A stretch of DNA of 64,000 nucleotides, from contig JAHFSX010000003.1 in assembly GCA_023269675.1 (NCBI GenBank), positions 255,018 through 319,017 of the forward strand, in the 5' to 3' direction. Below are positions 19,601-28,318 of the stretch, piece by piece. Both the position numbers and the translations under genes were made by a program. The DNA comes from Verrucomicrobiota bacterium (GTDB lineage: Bacteria > Verrucomicrobiota > Kiritimatiellia > RFP12 > UBA1067). The notes under the pieces were generated by a model, which did no database searches, was not told the DNA's origin, and saw nothing but the letters and a program-made list of their open reading frames with translations. Numbering within the stretch: the stretch's first letter is position 1; every line of letters begins with the position of its first letter.

Positions 19601-20126
19601 AGTCTGTAATGGAAACCCGTCCGGTCACAAGGGTCGTCACGCCCTCGTAGCTGTTGTTGCCGCCGAGGGTCAGCACTTTGGTGCCGGTCTTGGTCAATCC
19701 CCCCGGGCCGCTGAGGATCCCGTTGACCGTGACCGCGCCGTTGGAGGCCGAAAAAGTGCGCGTGTCACTGAGCGCCATCGGAAAGTTGAGCGTCTGGGTG
19801 TCGTTGTCGGCGTTCAGGACGTTGCCGGCCAGCGTGATGCCGCTGCCCCAAAGCGTAAACGCGCCCGCGCCGCTGTTGAACGTGATGCCCGCGAACGACG
19901 TGTCGGCTGCCAGATCGTTGGTGTTCGCCAACCCCGCTGACCCGCCGAAGAAAAGCGCGTCACCCGCAGCGAGTGCGTTTCCGCCCCAGTTGCCTTCCGT
20001 GCTCCACAGCAGGTCGCCCGCGCCTCCGTTCCAGGTGCGGTCCGCGGCGTGGGCGGTCCGGATCAGCGCGGCCATTGCCAGCGTGAGCGTGATCTTGATG
20101 GACATGGCGAAGGCTATTCTTGTCAC
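16698..20126 (-). CDS. giant secreted PATR-repeat protein (1142 aa), type-B C-terminal module
   Basis: AGGGGA SD upstream; signal peptide MTRIAFAMSIKITLTLAMAALIRTAHA; architecture paralogous to the 12235-16581 gene; tail GEVVLLPLGTVFILR. Confidence 0.85.
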   Translation of the reverse strand: MTRIAFAMSIKITLTLAMAALIRTAHAADRTWNGGAGDLLWSTEGNWGGNALAAGDALFFGGSAGLANTNDLAADTSFAGITFNSGAGAFTLWGSGITLAGNVLNADNDTQTLNFPMALSDTRTFSASNGAVTVNGILSGPGGLTKTGTKVLTLGGNNSYEGVTTLVTGRVSITDSYAFGGIAQGTIVNTGAGVDVYNGLTIAEPITLVNQNPSMLIFQTGSNVYSGLITITGGQARVQNQSMYAHITGGITSFNSTVILDSGSAAGTPVMKISTKPILANNQKCFFHGTRTAILGVAGNTVNDIEVSGGTLLLEVPNAWPANLMFEVGVSYARSSFTDLQGNDQSVGTLTGVITNDGVRVITSSTGPATLTVNQSSTTEFNSNFAGQLRLVKLGAGTLKVTGTNCQQSAQTVVGGGKLGIYSGKALGVTPEAYVPDHLLISNAATLLALGPLVLSDVNRGITLGTGNGTFETAAGADMTVANPMTGPGGLNKAGAGTLALTGVNDYAGVTAVNAGTLQVGKKVSLYNGATLSSDKFTVASGATLLLNVGGAGEFLSADIGTIAALGTATTGFKPGAWLALTATNAPGAFYEISDTLGNPAGGHGLNLQKLGAGTLALTGMNSYTGATKISQGVLSINSITTGGLASAMGQSSSYRGNLVFDGGALQYTGPSTRTDRGFTYAAVTNAYAFDVTQANTVLTFGALSNAVFDSANTTVIKSGPGTLVFGKGTGPTYNFTCKAVYVLGGTLLTEPSPTTIQQNVHALASQGPAVLLGDGAVLGYNTPLENYVNGAEMLVRYVGTQSGARITSGQFTMTGPTTNAAGVLEYNTHIFDINDGADEIDLDIPGEINIYTGIANSNVRKTGAGTLRLKNSLNAYRGATTVRSGRLVVTASVPASGKSVIGQSTNAFQLGDAGTQPTDTPAFVFEGPNNSGFAFARDVSVYPAGASAILGSISNNNVTFSGAIGASNTLQLLSVTTGTNALFITGGISGPGGVTQTGTGTVIFAAANTYTGATTVTAGTLRLAGAERIADASPLRLTGGTFATAGFSETLGALDVDGAAVLDFGSGSCTLTLADSASQTWDGSLVLRNWTSGTDRLFVGTAASLTTAQLKKITSPTGQAASQLPTGEVVLLPLGTVFILR

Positions 20127-20243
20127 GTGTATGCATCCCCTAACTTAAGCGTGGCGGCGGTTTGTCCTGACACCGGCTCGACGACAAAAGGCGAACCCAG
20201 TAATCAACATCACCTTACCATAGGAGAAAAGCCTAGGGAATGG

Positions 20244-20275
20244 CATTTCTTGACCTCGGCCTGTCATTTCTTGAC
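20244..20275. promoter_or_regulatory. two direct copies of CATTTCTTGAC spaced 21 bp apart, between the last PATR gene and yjbQ
   Basis: gcATTTCTTGACctcggcctgtcATTTCTTGACt; two helical turns apart; each contains a TTGAC -35-like core. Confidence 0.35.
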
Positions 20276-20327
20276 TTTCTTTCAGGTCGCCGCTTACGTC
20301 TGCCGGGCGCTCTGCCGAAAACGGGGC

Positions 20328-20356
20328 TTGCGGCAAAAAGGAGGCAGGCGTATCAT
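20328..20356 (+). promoter_or_regulatory. candidate sigma70-type promoter for yjbQ (TTGCGG-N17-TATCAT)
   Basis: Hexamers and spacing read directly from the sequence; about 45 nt upstream of the yjbQ ATG. Confidence 0.35.
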
Positions 20357-20400
20357 ATTAATGAAGATTGGTTAAAAGCACCCACGAAAGGAATCAGTTT

Positions 20401-20787
20401 ATGAAAACCTTTGATGTGCAGACTCACACGCATGACCAGTTCGTGAACATCACCGATCAGGTGCAAAAGACGGTCACGGAGTTGGGGATCACGGACGGTG
20501 TGATCACCGTCTATACGCCACACACCACCTGTGCGGTGACCATCAACGAGAACGAGGACCCCAACGTGGTCGCCGACATGATCCAGCAGTTCGACGCCAT
20601 GGTCCCGTGGCAGCAGCCTTTTTATGCGCATGAGGGCGGCAATACCGCTGCGCATATCAAGACCACGCTGGTGGGCTCTTCCGTGCAGCTGATCGTGGCC
20701 TTCGGCAACGTGCAGCTCGGCATGTGGCAGGGCATCTTCCTCTGCGAGTTCGACGGGCCGCGCATCCGTCACGTCTGGGTTCAGTGA
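20401..20787 (+). CDS. yjbQ: YjbQ/UPF0047 family protein (secondary thiamine-phosphate synthase-like)
   Basis: Family-typical motifs ...HTTCAVTINENEDPNV...HIKTTLVGSS...GMWQGIFLCEFDG; AAAGGAA SD 8 nt before the ATG at 20401 (track ORF starts 20368). Confidence 0.8.
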   Translation: MKTFDVQTHTHDQFVNITDQVQKTVTELGITDGVITVYTPHTTCAVTINENEDPNVVADMIQQFDAMVPWQQPFYAHEGGNTAAHIKTTLVGSSVQLIVAFGNVQLGMWQGIFLCEFDGPRIRHVWVQ

Positions 20788-20892
20788 GCCGCGCGCGCCC
20801 GCCCGAGGCCGGGGAGCAGCGCCGCAGGCAGCGGCGGCGGGCTGACCTCCGGGCGAAGGGGTCTGCCGAGGCCTGACGGGGCGTCAGGGCCG

Positions 20893-21756
20893 TCAGGGCG
20901 CGTGGGCATAGGCGCGGGCGAGCGCTTGCCACTGCGTCTGGGTGAGCTGCTCGGCGCGGGCGACGGTGTCGACGCCGGCGGCGGCGAAGAGCGCGGCCAG
21001 GGTGGCGTCTTCGCGACCGAGCGGCGCCGGAGCCTTGCGAAAGGACGCCCCGAGCTGCTTGCGGCGGTGCATGAAGGCGTAACGGGTGAGGTCGAAAAAC
21101 CATGTGCGCTCGTCAGGCGTGAGGCCGCACGGGTGACGGTCGAGGCGGACGATCGTGGAGCCGACCTCCGGACGGGGCCAGAAGCAGGAGGCTTTGACGG
21201 CGCGGACGATCGACACGTCATGGTCGAGCTGCAGCCAGACCCCTGCCTGTCCGCGCGCTTCGCAGCCGGGCGCCGCGGCCAGGCGTTCGGCCACCTCGGT
21301 CTGCACCAGGACGGTGATGGACCTGGGCGTGAGCGGGTGGAGGGCGATGTCGATGAGGATGCGCGTGCCGACCGAGTAAGGCAGGTTGGAGACGCAGGCG
21401 TCGAAAGGCTCCGCCAGCAGCGTGTCAAGGTCGAGCTCCAGGGCGTCGGCCTCGATCACGCGCAGCTCCGGCGGGTTGCCGAGCGCGGCCGCCAGGCGGG
21501 AGGCGAGGCGCGCGTCCTTCTCGACCGCGACGACGCGCGCGCCGCGCGCGAGCAGGGCTTCGGTCAGCACGCCGAGCCCGGGGCCGATCTCCAGCACCGC
21601 CTGGCCGGGCTGCACGCCTGCGGCATCGACGATCACATCGAGGATGTTACGGTCGATCAGGAAGTTCTGGCCCAACGTCCGGTTCGGATGAAACCCGTTC
21701 TCGATGCACCAGGCCTTGACATGTGAGGGCGACGTGAGGTTCACGTTGACGCTCAC
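20893..21756 (-). CDS. rsmA: 16S rRNA (adenine1518/1519-N6)-dimethyltransferase
   Basis: GQNFLIDRNILDVIV...LEIGPGLGVLTEAL SAM-binding motifs. Probable GTG start at 21756 overlapping the surA stop (GTGA); the track ATG at 21816 would overlap surA by 64 nt. Confidence 0.8.
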   Translation of the reverse strand: MSVNVNLTSPSHVKAWCIENGFHPNRTLGQNFLIDRNILDVIVDAAGVQPGQAVLEIGPGLGVLTEALLARGARVVAVEKDARLASRLAAALGNPPELRVIEADALELDLDTLLAEPFDACVSNLPYSVGTRILIDIALHPLTPRSITVLVQTEVAERLAAAPGCEARGQAGVWLQLDHDVSIVRAVKASCFWPRPEVGSTIVRLDRHPCGLTPDERTWFFDLTRYAFMHRRKQLGASFRKAPAPLGREDATLAALFAAAGVDTVARAEQLTQTQWQALARAYAHAP

Positions 21757-22745
21757 TTCGGGGTGGGCAGTTCGAAAATCTTGATGTACGCCTCGCTGCG
21801 CAGGCGGTCGGTCCACTCCTTGTAGAGCTTTTCGGCCTGACGCATGCGCAGGTGGCTCTCGACATAGGGGGCGGCTTCCTCGAACGTCAGCGCGCGCGCG
21901 TCCTGCTGCTCATCTTTGCGGACGATATAGCCGTAGCCGTCGAGGACCACCAGGGGCGCGGTTTCGCCGGGCTGCAGTTTGGCGAGCGCCGCCACGATTT
22001 CCTTGCGGAAGACGTCGTCGGGGTTGACCTTGCCCCAGGAGCCGCCGGCGGACGCCTTGGCGTCTTTGGAATAGGTGCGGGCCAGCGAGGCGAAGGCCGT
22101 GCCGGCCTTGAGTGCTTCGAAGATCTTGGCGCTGCGGGCTTCGATGGTTTCGTCACCCGGCTTGTCGGGCGGGTCGAGGATGATCATGCTCACGGCGGTG
22201 GCGTTTTCGGTCCGATAGCGGCCCTTGTTGGTCTCGTATTCGGCGCGCACCTCGCTCGGCGTCGGCTGGACGCGCTTTTCCACCTGCTGATAGCGCATGG
22301 CCGTGACGTTAAGGTCCTCTTCGATGTTCTTTTTCCACTCCTCGTAGGTGATCTTGCGTTCGGCGAGAAGGTTGTGGAGCTTGGTCTGGTCACCGTCGAA
22401 GTTGTTGGCGACGATCTCGCGGATGCGGTTGTCGACGGCCCACGACTGGAGCTGCAGCTTCGACTTCTGCGCGGCGGCGAGGATCAGCTTGCGGTCGATC
22501 AGGGCGTTGAGCGTCGCGGAGTAGAGCTCGCGCAGCCGCTTCTCGCGCAGCTCCGGCGAGGTGTCGGTCCAAGGGCTGCGGCGGACCTCGCTCATGACGT
22601 CGGCGATGGTGATCATCTCGGTGTTGACGTAGGCGGCGACGCCGTCGATCAGCATGGCCGGCGTCTTCTTCTCCGTCGTCAGTTCGGCTTGGCTCGCGGA
22701 GACGGCGAGCAGCAGGACGGCAGAAATCCACGGGGTTATGTGCAT
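21753..22745 (-). CDS. surA: periplasmic chaperone / peptidyl-prolyl isomerase, SurA family
   Basis: Signal peptide MHITPWISAVLLLAVSASQA; SurA N-domain-like region and C-terminal PPIC-type PPIase segment; classic surA-rsmA linkage. Confidence 0.7.
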   Translation of the reverse strand: MHITPWISAVLLLAVSASQAELTTEKKTPAMLIDGVAAYVNTEMITIADVMSEVRRSPWTDTSPELREKRLRELYSATLNALIDRKLILAAAQKSKLQLQSWAVDNRIREIVANNFDGDQTKLHNLLAERKITYEEWKKNIEEDLNVTAMRYQQVEKRVQPTPSEVRAEYETNKGRYRTENATAVSMIILDPPDKPGDETIEARSAKIFEALKAGTAFASLARTYSKDAKASAGGSWGKVNPDDVFRKEIVAALAKLQPGETAPLVVLDGYGYIVRKDEQQDARALTFEEAAPYVESHLRMRQAEKLYKEWTDRLRSEAYIKIFELPTPK

Positions 22746-22880
22746 CGGTTTCTTCCTTTCAACGGGTCAGCGAAGCCTCGTCTTCGATTAAAGAAGAGAC
22801 AGTTTATCGCACACACGGCCGGATTACCACGGAAATTAGGAAGCGGGGGCCGGGAATTCCTCGCGCACGGGCCCTACTGG

Positions 22881-23157
22881 GTGCGATTCAGTTTCGTTGA
22901 AACTGAATCGCGCCAAGGAGAATTTAGGATTTAGGATTCGGAAGCGCAAACGGTCCTGAAACAGGGCGTTCGACAAGGAGGAACCCTTGCTCGAAGCATC
23001 GTTTCTAGGAGCAATACGTGTGACTTCATTTTGAAGACACGAATACCGACTCTCCCACGTCGCGCGAACACGTTCACTTTCATGGCATTGCAACTCCTAA
23101 CTCCTAAATCCTTACTGCTCCTTCGGGTGTGGATTCAACAAAGTTGAATCACACCCG
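22881..23157. mobile_element. MITE-like non-autonomous element (about 277 bp) with about 55-bp terminal inverted repeats and an 8-bp target-site duplication
   Basis: Left end gcgattcagtttcGTTgaaactgaatcgc...aaggagaatttaggatttaggatt; right end is its reverse complement (aactcctaactcctaaatcc...gggtgtggattcaacAAAgttgaatcacaccc); flanked by CCCTACTG (22873-22880) and CCCTACTT (23159-23166); lies in the surA/trmH divergent intergenic region. Confidence 0.55.
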
Positions 23158-23210
23158 CCCCTACTTCCCGCTGTTGTCACATGCGGCCTTTTTGGTACTG
23201 TATGGGGGTT

Positions 23211-24077
23211 ATGACCGAACTTCACATCACCTCGCTCGCGAACCCGAAGATCAAACACGCGGTCAAGCTGCGCCAGCGGTCCCACCGCGACGAATCGGGG
23301 CAGATGCTGGTGGAGGGCTACCGCGAGTGTAAGCGCGCGCTGGACAACGGGTATCCGCCCCAGATGCTCTTCTATTGCGAGGCGCTGTACCTCAAGAACC
23401 TCAACGAGCCGGAGATCGTGCGGCGCTGCCGCGAGCTGGGCGCGGAGATGTATCCCTGTTCCGCGCCGGTCTTTGAGAAGCTCGCCTACCGCGAGCGGCC
23501 CGAGGGCCTGCTGATCGTCGGCCCGCACCTGTCGCGCAAGCTGGCCGACCTGCACCTGCCCGCGCACGCGCTGGTGGTGGTGGCCGAGGCGATCGAGAAG
23601 CCGGGCAACCTCGGCACCATTCTGCGTTCGGCCGACGCGGCGGGCGTGCACGCGGTGATCGTGTGCGACCGCTGCACCGACATCCACAATCCCAACGTGG
23701 TGCGCGCCTCGACGGGCACGCTTTTTTCCGTTCCCGTGGTGGAGGCGGAGAGTGACGAGGCCATCGCTTTTCTGCGGGCGCGGGGCTTTTGCATCCTGGC
23801 CACCACGCCGCACGCCGAAAGCCTGCACTGCGACGTGCCGCTCACGGGGAATGTGGCGATCGCGGTGGGCACCGAGCAGTACGGTCTGACGGAGAAGTGG
23901 ATGAACGCGGCCGAGCGGCGCGTGCGCATCCCGATGTTGGGCCTGGCGGACTCGCTCAACGTGGCCTCGGCCACGACCATCCTGCTCTTCGAGGCCGTGC
24001 GGCAGCGCATCGCGGCGGGCCAGGTCACCGTGCCCCCGCCGGAGGCGTGGCACGGCGAAGAGGCGTTTGACGCGTGA
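23211..24077 (+). CDS. TrmH/SpoU-family RNA 2'-O-methyltransferase
   Basis: SpoU motifs LVVVAEAIEKPGNLGTILRSADAAGVHAVIV and IPMLGLADSLNVASATTILLFE; start at MTELHITSL (track ORF begins 23181). Confidence 0.75.
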   Translation: MTELHITSLANPKIKHAVKLRQRSHRDESGQMLVEGYRECKRALDNGYPPQMLFYCEALYLKNLNEPEIVRRCRELGAEMYPCSAPVFEKLAYRERPEGLLIVGPHLSRKLADLHLPAHALVVVAEAIEKPGNLGTILRSADAAGVHAVIVCDRCTDIHNPNVVRASTGTLFSVPVVEAESDEAIAFLRARGFCILATTPHAESLHCDVPLTGNVAIAVGTEQYGLTEKWMNAAERRVRIPMLGLADSLNVASATTILLFEAVRQRIAAGQVTVPPPEAWHGEEAFDA

Positions 24078-24134
24078 GGGAAACAAGACGGCAGAAGGCG
24101 GAGCGGCCTGTACACAGGCAGAAAAGGAGCAACC

Positions 24135-25025
24135 ATGAACACGACGCGTAAGGGCACCGGGCTGGTTCTGATGGCGGGGCTGTTGTTGACGACCTCCTTG
24201 TTCGCGCAGGGCGCGAGGAGGCCGAGCAGCGGACAGCAGTACTGGCTCAAGTTCGAGAAGGAGCTGGGACTGCAGGCCCGGTATTCCGTGGACATGGAGA
24301 TGCAGACGATGGGCATGAACATGACGGGCAGAATCTACCGCGTGGAAGGTAAGACGCGCTCCGAGATGACGATGCCCTTCATGAATATGCGGATGGTGGC
24401 GCTGCAGATCCCCGTGAACGGCAAGACCGTCAACTACTCGCTTTTCCCCGACAAGAAGAAGTACTGCATCAACCCCGAGTCCGCGGCCGACGACGCGGCC
24501 GACGCGGCGAAGCCGCAGTACAAGCTGGAAGAGCTCGGCACCGAGGTGTACGAGGGTGCGGCCTGCAAGAAACGCCGCCTGACCGTGACCCTGGCGGACG
24601 GCACCGTCAGCCAGATGACCATGCTCTTCTCTCCCGCGCAGAAGGATATGCCCGTGAAGATCGACTCGCAGACCCAGGTGGTGGCGGAGCCGGGCGCCAA
24701 GCCGATGGCGGTGGCCTCTGTGATGCTGTTCAAGAACTACCGGTTCGTGGCGCCTGAAGCCGTCCTGTTCACGATTCCGAAGGACTACACCCAGGCGGCG
24801 AACATGTCCGAGGTCCTGATGAGCGGCGGCGGACTGGGCGCGTTCGCCCCGCCCCAGTCTCCGGGGGACGCACAGCCCGCCGCCCTGCAGGAGGCGTTGC
24901 GCCGCGCTCAGCAGGAACAGCCGGCCGAGACGGAGGCCGCCAGAAAGGCGGCCGCCAAGGAGGCGGCGGGCCGGGGCGTCAGAGAGGGTGTCGGACGCGG
25001 CTTGCGCAGCCTGTTCGGGCAGTAA
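24135..25025 (+). CDS. secreted hypothetical protein, methionine-rich N-terminal half (possibly DUF4412-like)
   Basis: Signal peptide MNTTRKGTGLVLMAGLLLTTSLFAQG; MEMQTMGMNMTG...MTMPFMNMRMV; Ala/Glu-rich C-terminal tail. Confidence 0.5.
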   Translation: MNTTRKGTGLVLMAGLLLTTSLFAQGARRPSSGQQYWLKFEKELGLQARYSVDMEMQTMGMNMTGRIYRVEGKTRSEMTMPFMNMRMVALQIPVNGKTVNYSLFPDKKKYCINPESAADDAADAAKPQYKLEELGTEVYEGAACKKRRLTVTLADGTVSQMTMLFSPAQKDMPVKIDSQTQVVAEPGAKPMAVASVMLFKNYRFVAPEAVLFTIPKDYTQAANMSEVLMSGGGLGAFAPPQSPGDAQPAALQEALRRAQQEQPAETEAARKAAAKEAAGRGVREGVGRGLRSLFGQ

Positions 25026-25032
25026 GGCCCGC

Positions 25033-26052
25033 ATGTATTCGGCTGTCTTAACATCGATCCTGCCGGTCTGCCTGCTGGTGGTTCTGGGCGCGGCGCTCTG
25101 CCGGTCGAGGTTTTTGCCTGACGCCTTCTTCACGGGGCTGAACCGGCTGGGCTTCTGGCTGCTGCTGCCGGCTCTCCTGTTCAGCACCATCGCGAAAGCG
25201 CCGGCCGCGGCCGGCGCCAGCGGTTTGCGCGTGGGCCTGCTGCTCTGCGCCTGTTCGGTGGCGGTCACGCTGGCCGGCTGGCTGGTGTCGCGCGCCCTGC
25301 GGCTCCCGGAGGGGTCGGCCCGCGCCCTGATGCAGGCCGCGATGCGCGGCAACTTGGCCTATACCGGCCTGCCGGTGCTCATCTACACCTTCGGCGAGCA
25401 CAGCGCGTCGGCGGCCGTCGCCGTGTTCGCGCTGGCGCCGACCATCCCCTTTTACAACCTGTGGGCCGTGCTGATCCTCACGCGCGCCGGTCAGGCCCGC
25501 GGGCCTTCGGCCTTGCCCGGTTCAGGGGACGCCTGCCCCGCAGGCGCCGGGGCCTCCGCCTGCGCCAGGGGCGAGCCGCTGTCGGGCCTCCTGCCGCGCA
25601 CGCTGGCCGCGGTTTTGCGCAATCCGCTGATTATCGGTTGCGGCCTGGGCCTGCTGCTCCTGAAAAGCGGGCTGCATCTGCCCGACGGGCTCTTCAACGC
25701 GGTCGAGGCCCTGGGCCGCGCGGCGTTGCCGTGCGCGTTGCTGGCGCTGGGCGCGGGATTGACGCCTGACAAGCTGCGCGCCAGCTTCAGCCCGGCGCTG
25801 GCCGCGACGGCGCTGAAGCTGGTGGCCATGCCCGCGCTCGGCTATGCCGGGGCGCGCTGGCTGGGATTCAGCGGCGATACGCTGCTGACCGCCTTGCTGT
25901 ACCTGGCGAGCCCGTGCGCGGTGACCTCGTACGTCATGGCCGATCAGATGGGGGCCGACAAAGAGCTGGCGGGCTCCGCCATCGTGCTCAGCACCCTGCT
26001 GTGCCTGCCGGTCATGGCGCTTATTCTGCTGCTGTGCCGCGCACAGGGATAG
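25033..26052 (+). CDS. AEC (auxin efflux carrier / malate permease-like) family transporter
   Basis: About 10 predicted TM helices with two homologous halves; start at MYSAVLTSILPV (track ORF starts 24988). Confidence 0.65.
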   Translation: MYSAVLTSILPVCLLVVLGAALCRSRFLPDAFFTGLNRLGFWLLLPALLFSTIAKAPAAAGASGLRVGLLLCACSVAVTLAGWLVSRALRLPEGSARALMQAAMRGNLAYTGLPVLIYTFGEHSASAAVAVFALAPTIPFYNLWAVLILTRAGQARGPSALPGSGDACPAGAGASACARGEPLSGLLPRTLAAVLRNPLIIGCGLGLLLLKSGLHLPDGLFNAVEALGRAALPCALLALGAGLTPDKLRASFSPALAATALKLVAMPALGYAGARWLGFSGDTLLTALLYLASPCAVTSYVMADQMGADKELAGSAIVLSTLLCLPVMALILLLCRAQG

Positions 26053-26121
26053 CGCCAGGCGCTAGAGCAAGTAAATTATTAATGTGGCCACGCTAGAGGC
26101 TCGTACAAAACCTCTGTCGAG

Positions 26122-26270
26122 AACAGGCGGCGGGGACGCCGCCCCTCCATGGACTATGAAAGCCGCCGTTTATCGCACTGGAGGGACGGCGTCCTCGCCG
26201 TTCGCAGGGGTTCTGCAGGCACCTCTGTTGCTTTAGTTGGTAGGGACGCCTCCCCGAGGCGTCCCTGCCA
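26122..26270. repeat. composite REP-like element: family-2 palindrome (26122-26203, CCCTCCATGGACTATGAAA core) plus family-1 hairpin (26242-26266, AGGGACGCCT/AGGCGTCCCT)
   Basis: Inverted repeats read directly; family-2 copies also at 1336-1373 and 34749-34830; family-1 copies also at 30001-30055 and 53655-53699. Confidence 0.6.
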
Positions 26271-26290
26271 GGAGAAGAGGCACAAAAAAA

Positions 26291-26318
26291 CCCGGGGCCG
26301 GTTTGACCCGGCCCCGGG
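26291..26318 (-). terminator. rho-independent terminator of degP (perfect 11-bp GC stem, loop TTTGA, then T7 on the minus strand)
   Basis: cccggggccgg-tttga-ccggccccggg preceded on the plus strand by A7 (= U-tract on the minus strand), 45 nt after the degP stop. Confidence 0.8.
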
Positions 26319-26362
26319 CGCTGCATGACAGGAGTGGTCTTATATATACTTTGGTTGTGTGG

Positions 26363-27814
<1,452 letters not shown>

Positions 27815-27848
27815 AACAAACCCCCTTCGTGGATTCGGGCACACGATA

Positions 27849-27870
27849 CAGGGGTCCGGCTGGACCCCTG
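27849..27870 (-). promoter_or_regulatory. 9-bp perfect hairpin (CAGGGGTCC-ggct-GGACCCCTG) in the degP 5' leader
   Basis: Sits 35 nt upstream of the degP start inside a 500-bp lower-GC intergenic region. Confidence 0.35.
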
Positions 27871-28318
27871 CCCTAAATAAAAAAACTAGGCCATAACCTC
27901 ATCCAGCAGGCGACAACCATTTTGAACCCAACCGGCCAACCGAGTGAATGAAGTTATGGCCTTTTACGGACCTGTTTTTGAACTTCGCTTGCCGCCTCTC
28001 GCATTGGCAATATTACTTAAGCTTGACGCGTGCCAAGGGCTGGCTCGCGCGTCGATAGCGGATTATTTGCCGCTCTGAGGCCTGAAACGGCCAATTATTA
28101 GCTAAAGGTAACTTTGCGGGACTTCCGCCAGTGTAACGATTGCGACAGGATGTCCGTTAAATGCGACAATTTGACACTAAGACGGCAGGGAAGGGTCCCG
28201 CAAGCGGGGCCCGAGGCCAAAAAGGAGCCTTCAGTGTGCTGAAATGGGGGAGATGGCCCGCGGGGAGACTTGCCGTCCCTGTCCAGCTCCGGCGCGGTTT
28301 GGAGGGCGAGTGCCGGTT

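Noticed and set aside
22836-23093. 85-aa ORF inside the MITE-like element
   Set aside because: No start context and no homology; MITEs are non-coding by definition and the ORF does not resemble a transposase.
23112-25352. 746-aa minus-strand ORF spanning trmH, the Met-rich secreted protein gene and the start of the AEC transporter
   Set aside because: Overlaps three well-supported plus-strand genes; the translation is a featureless R/G/A/H-rich polypeptide.
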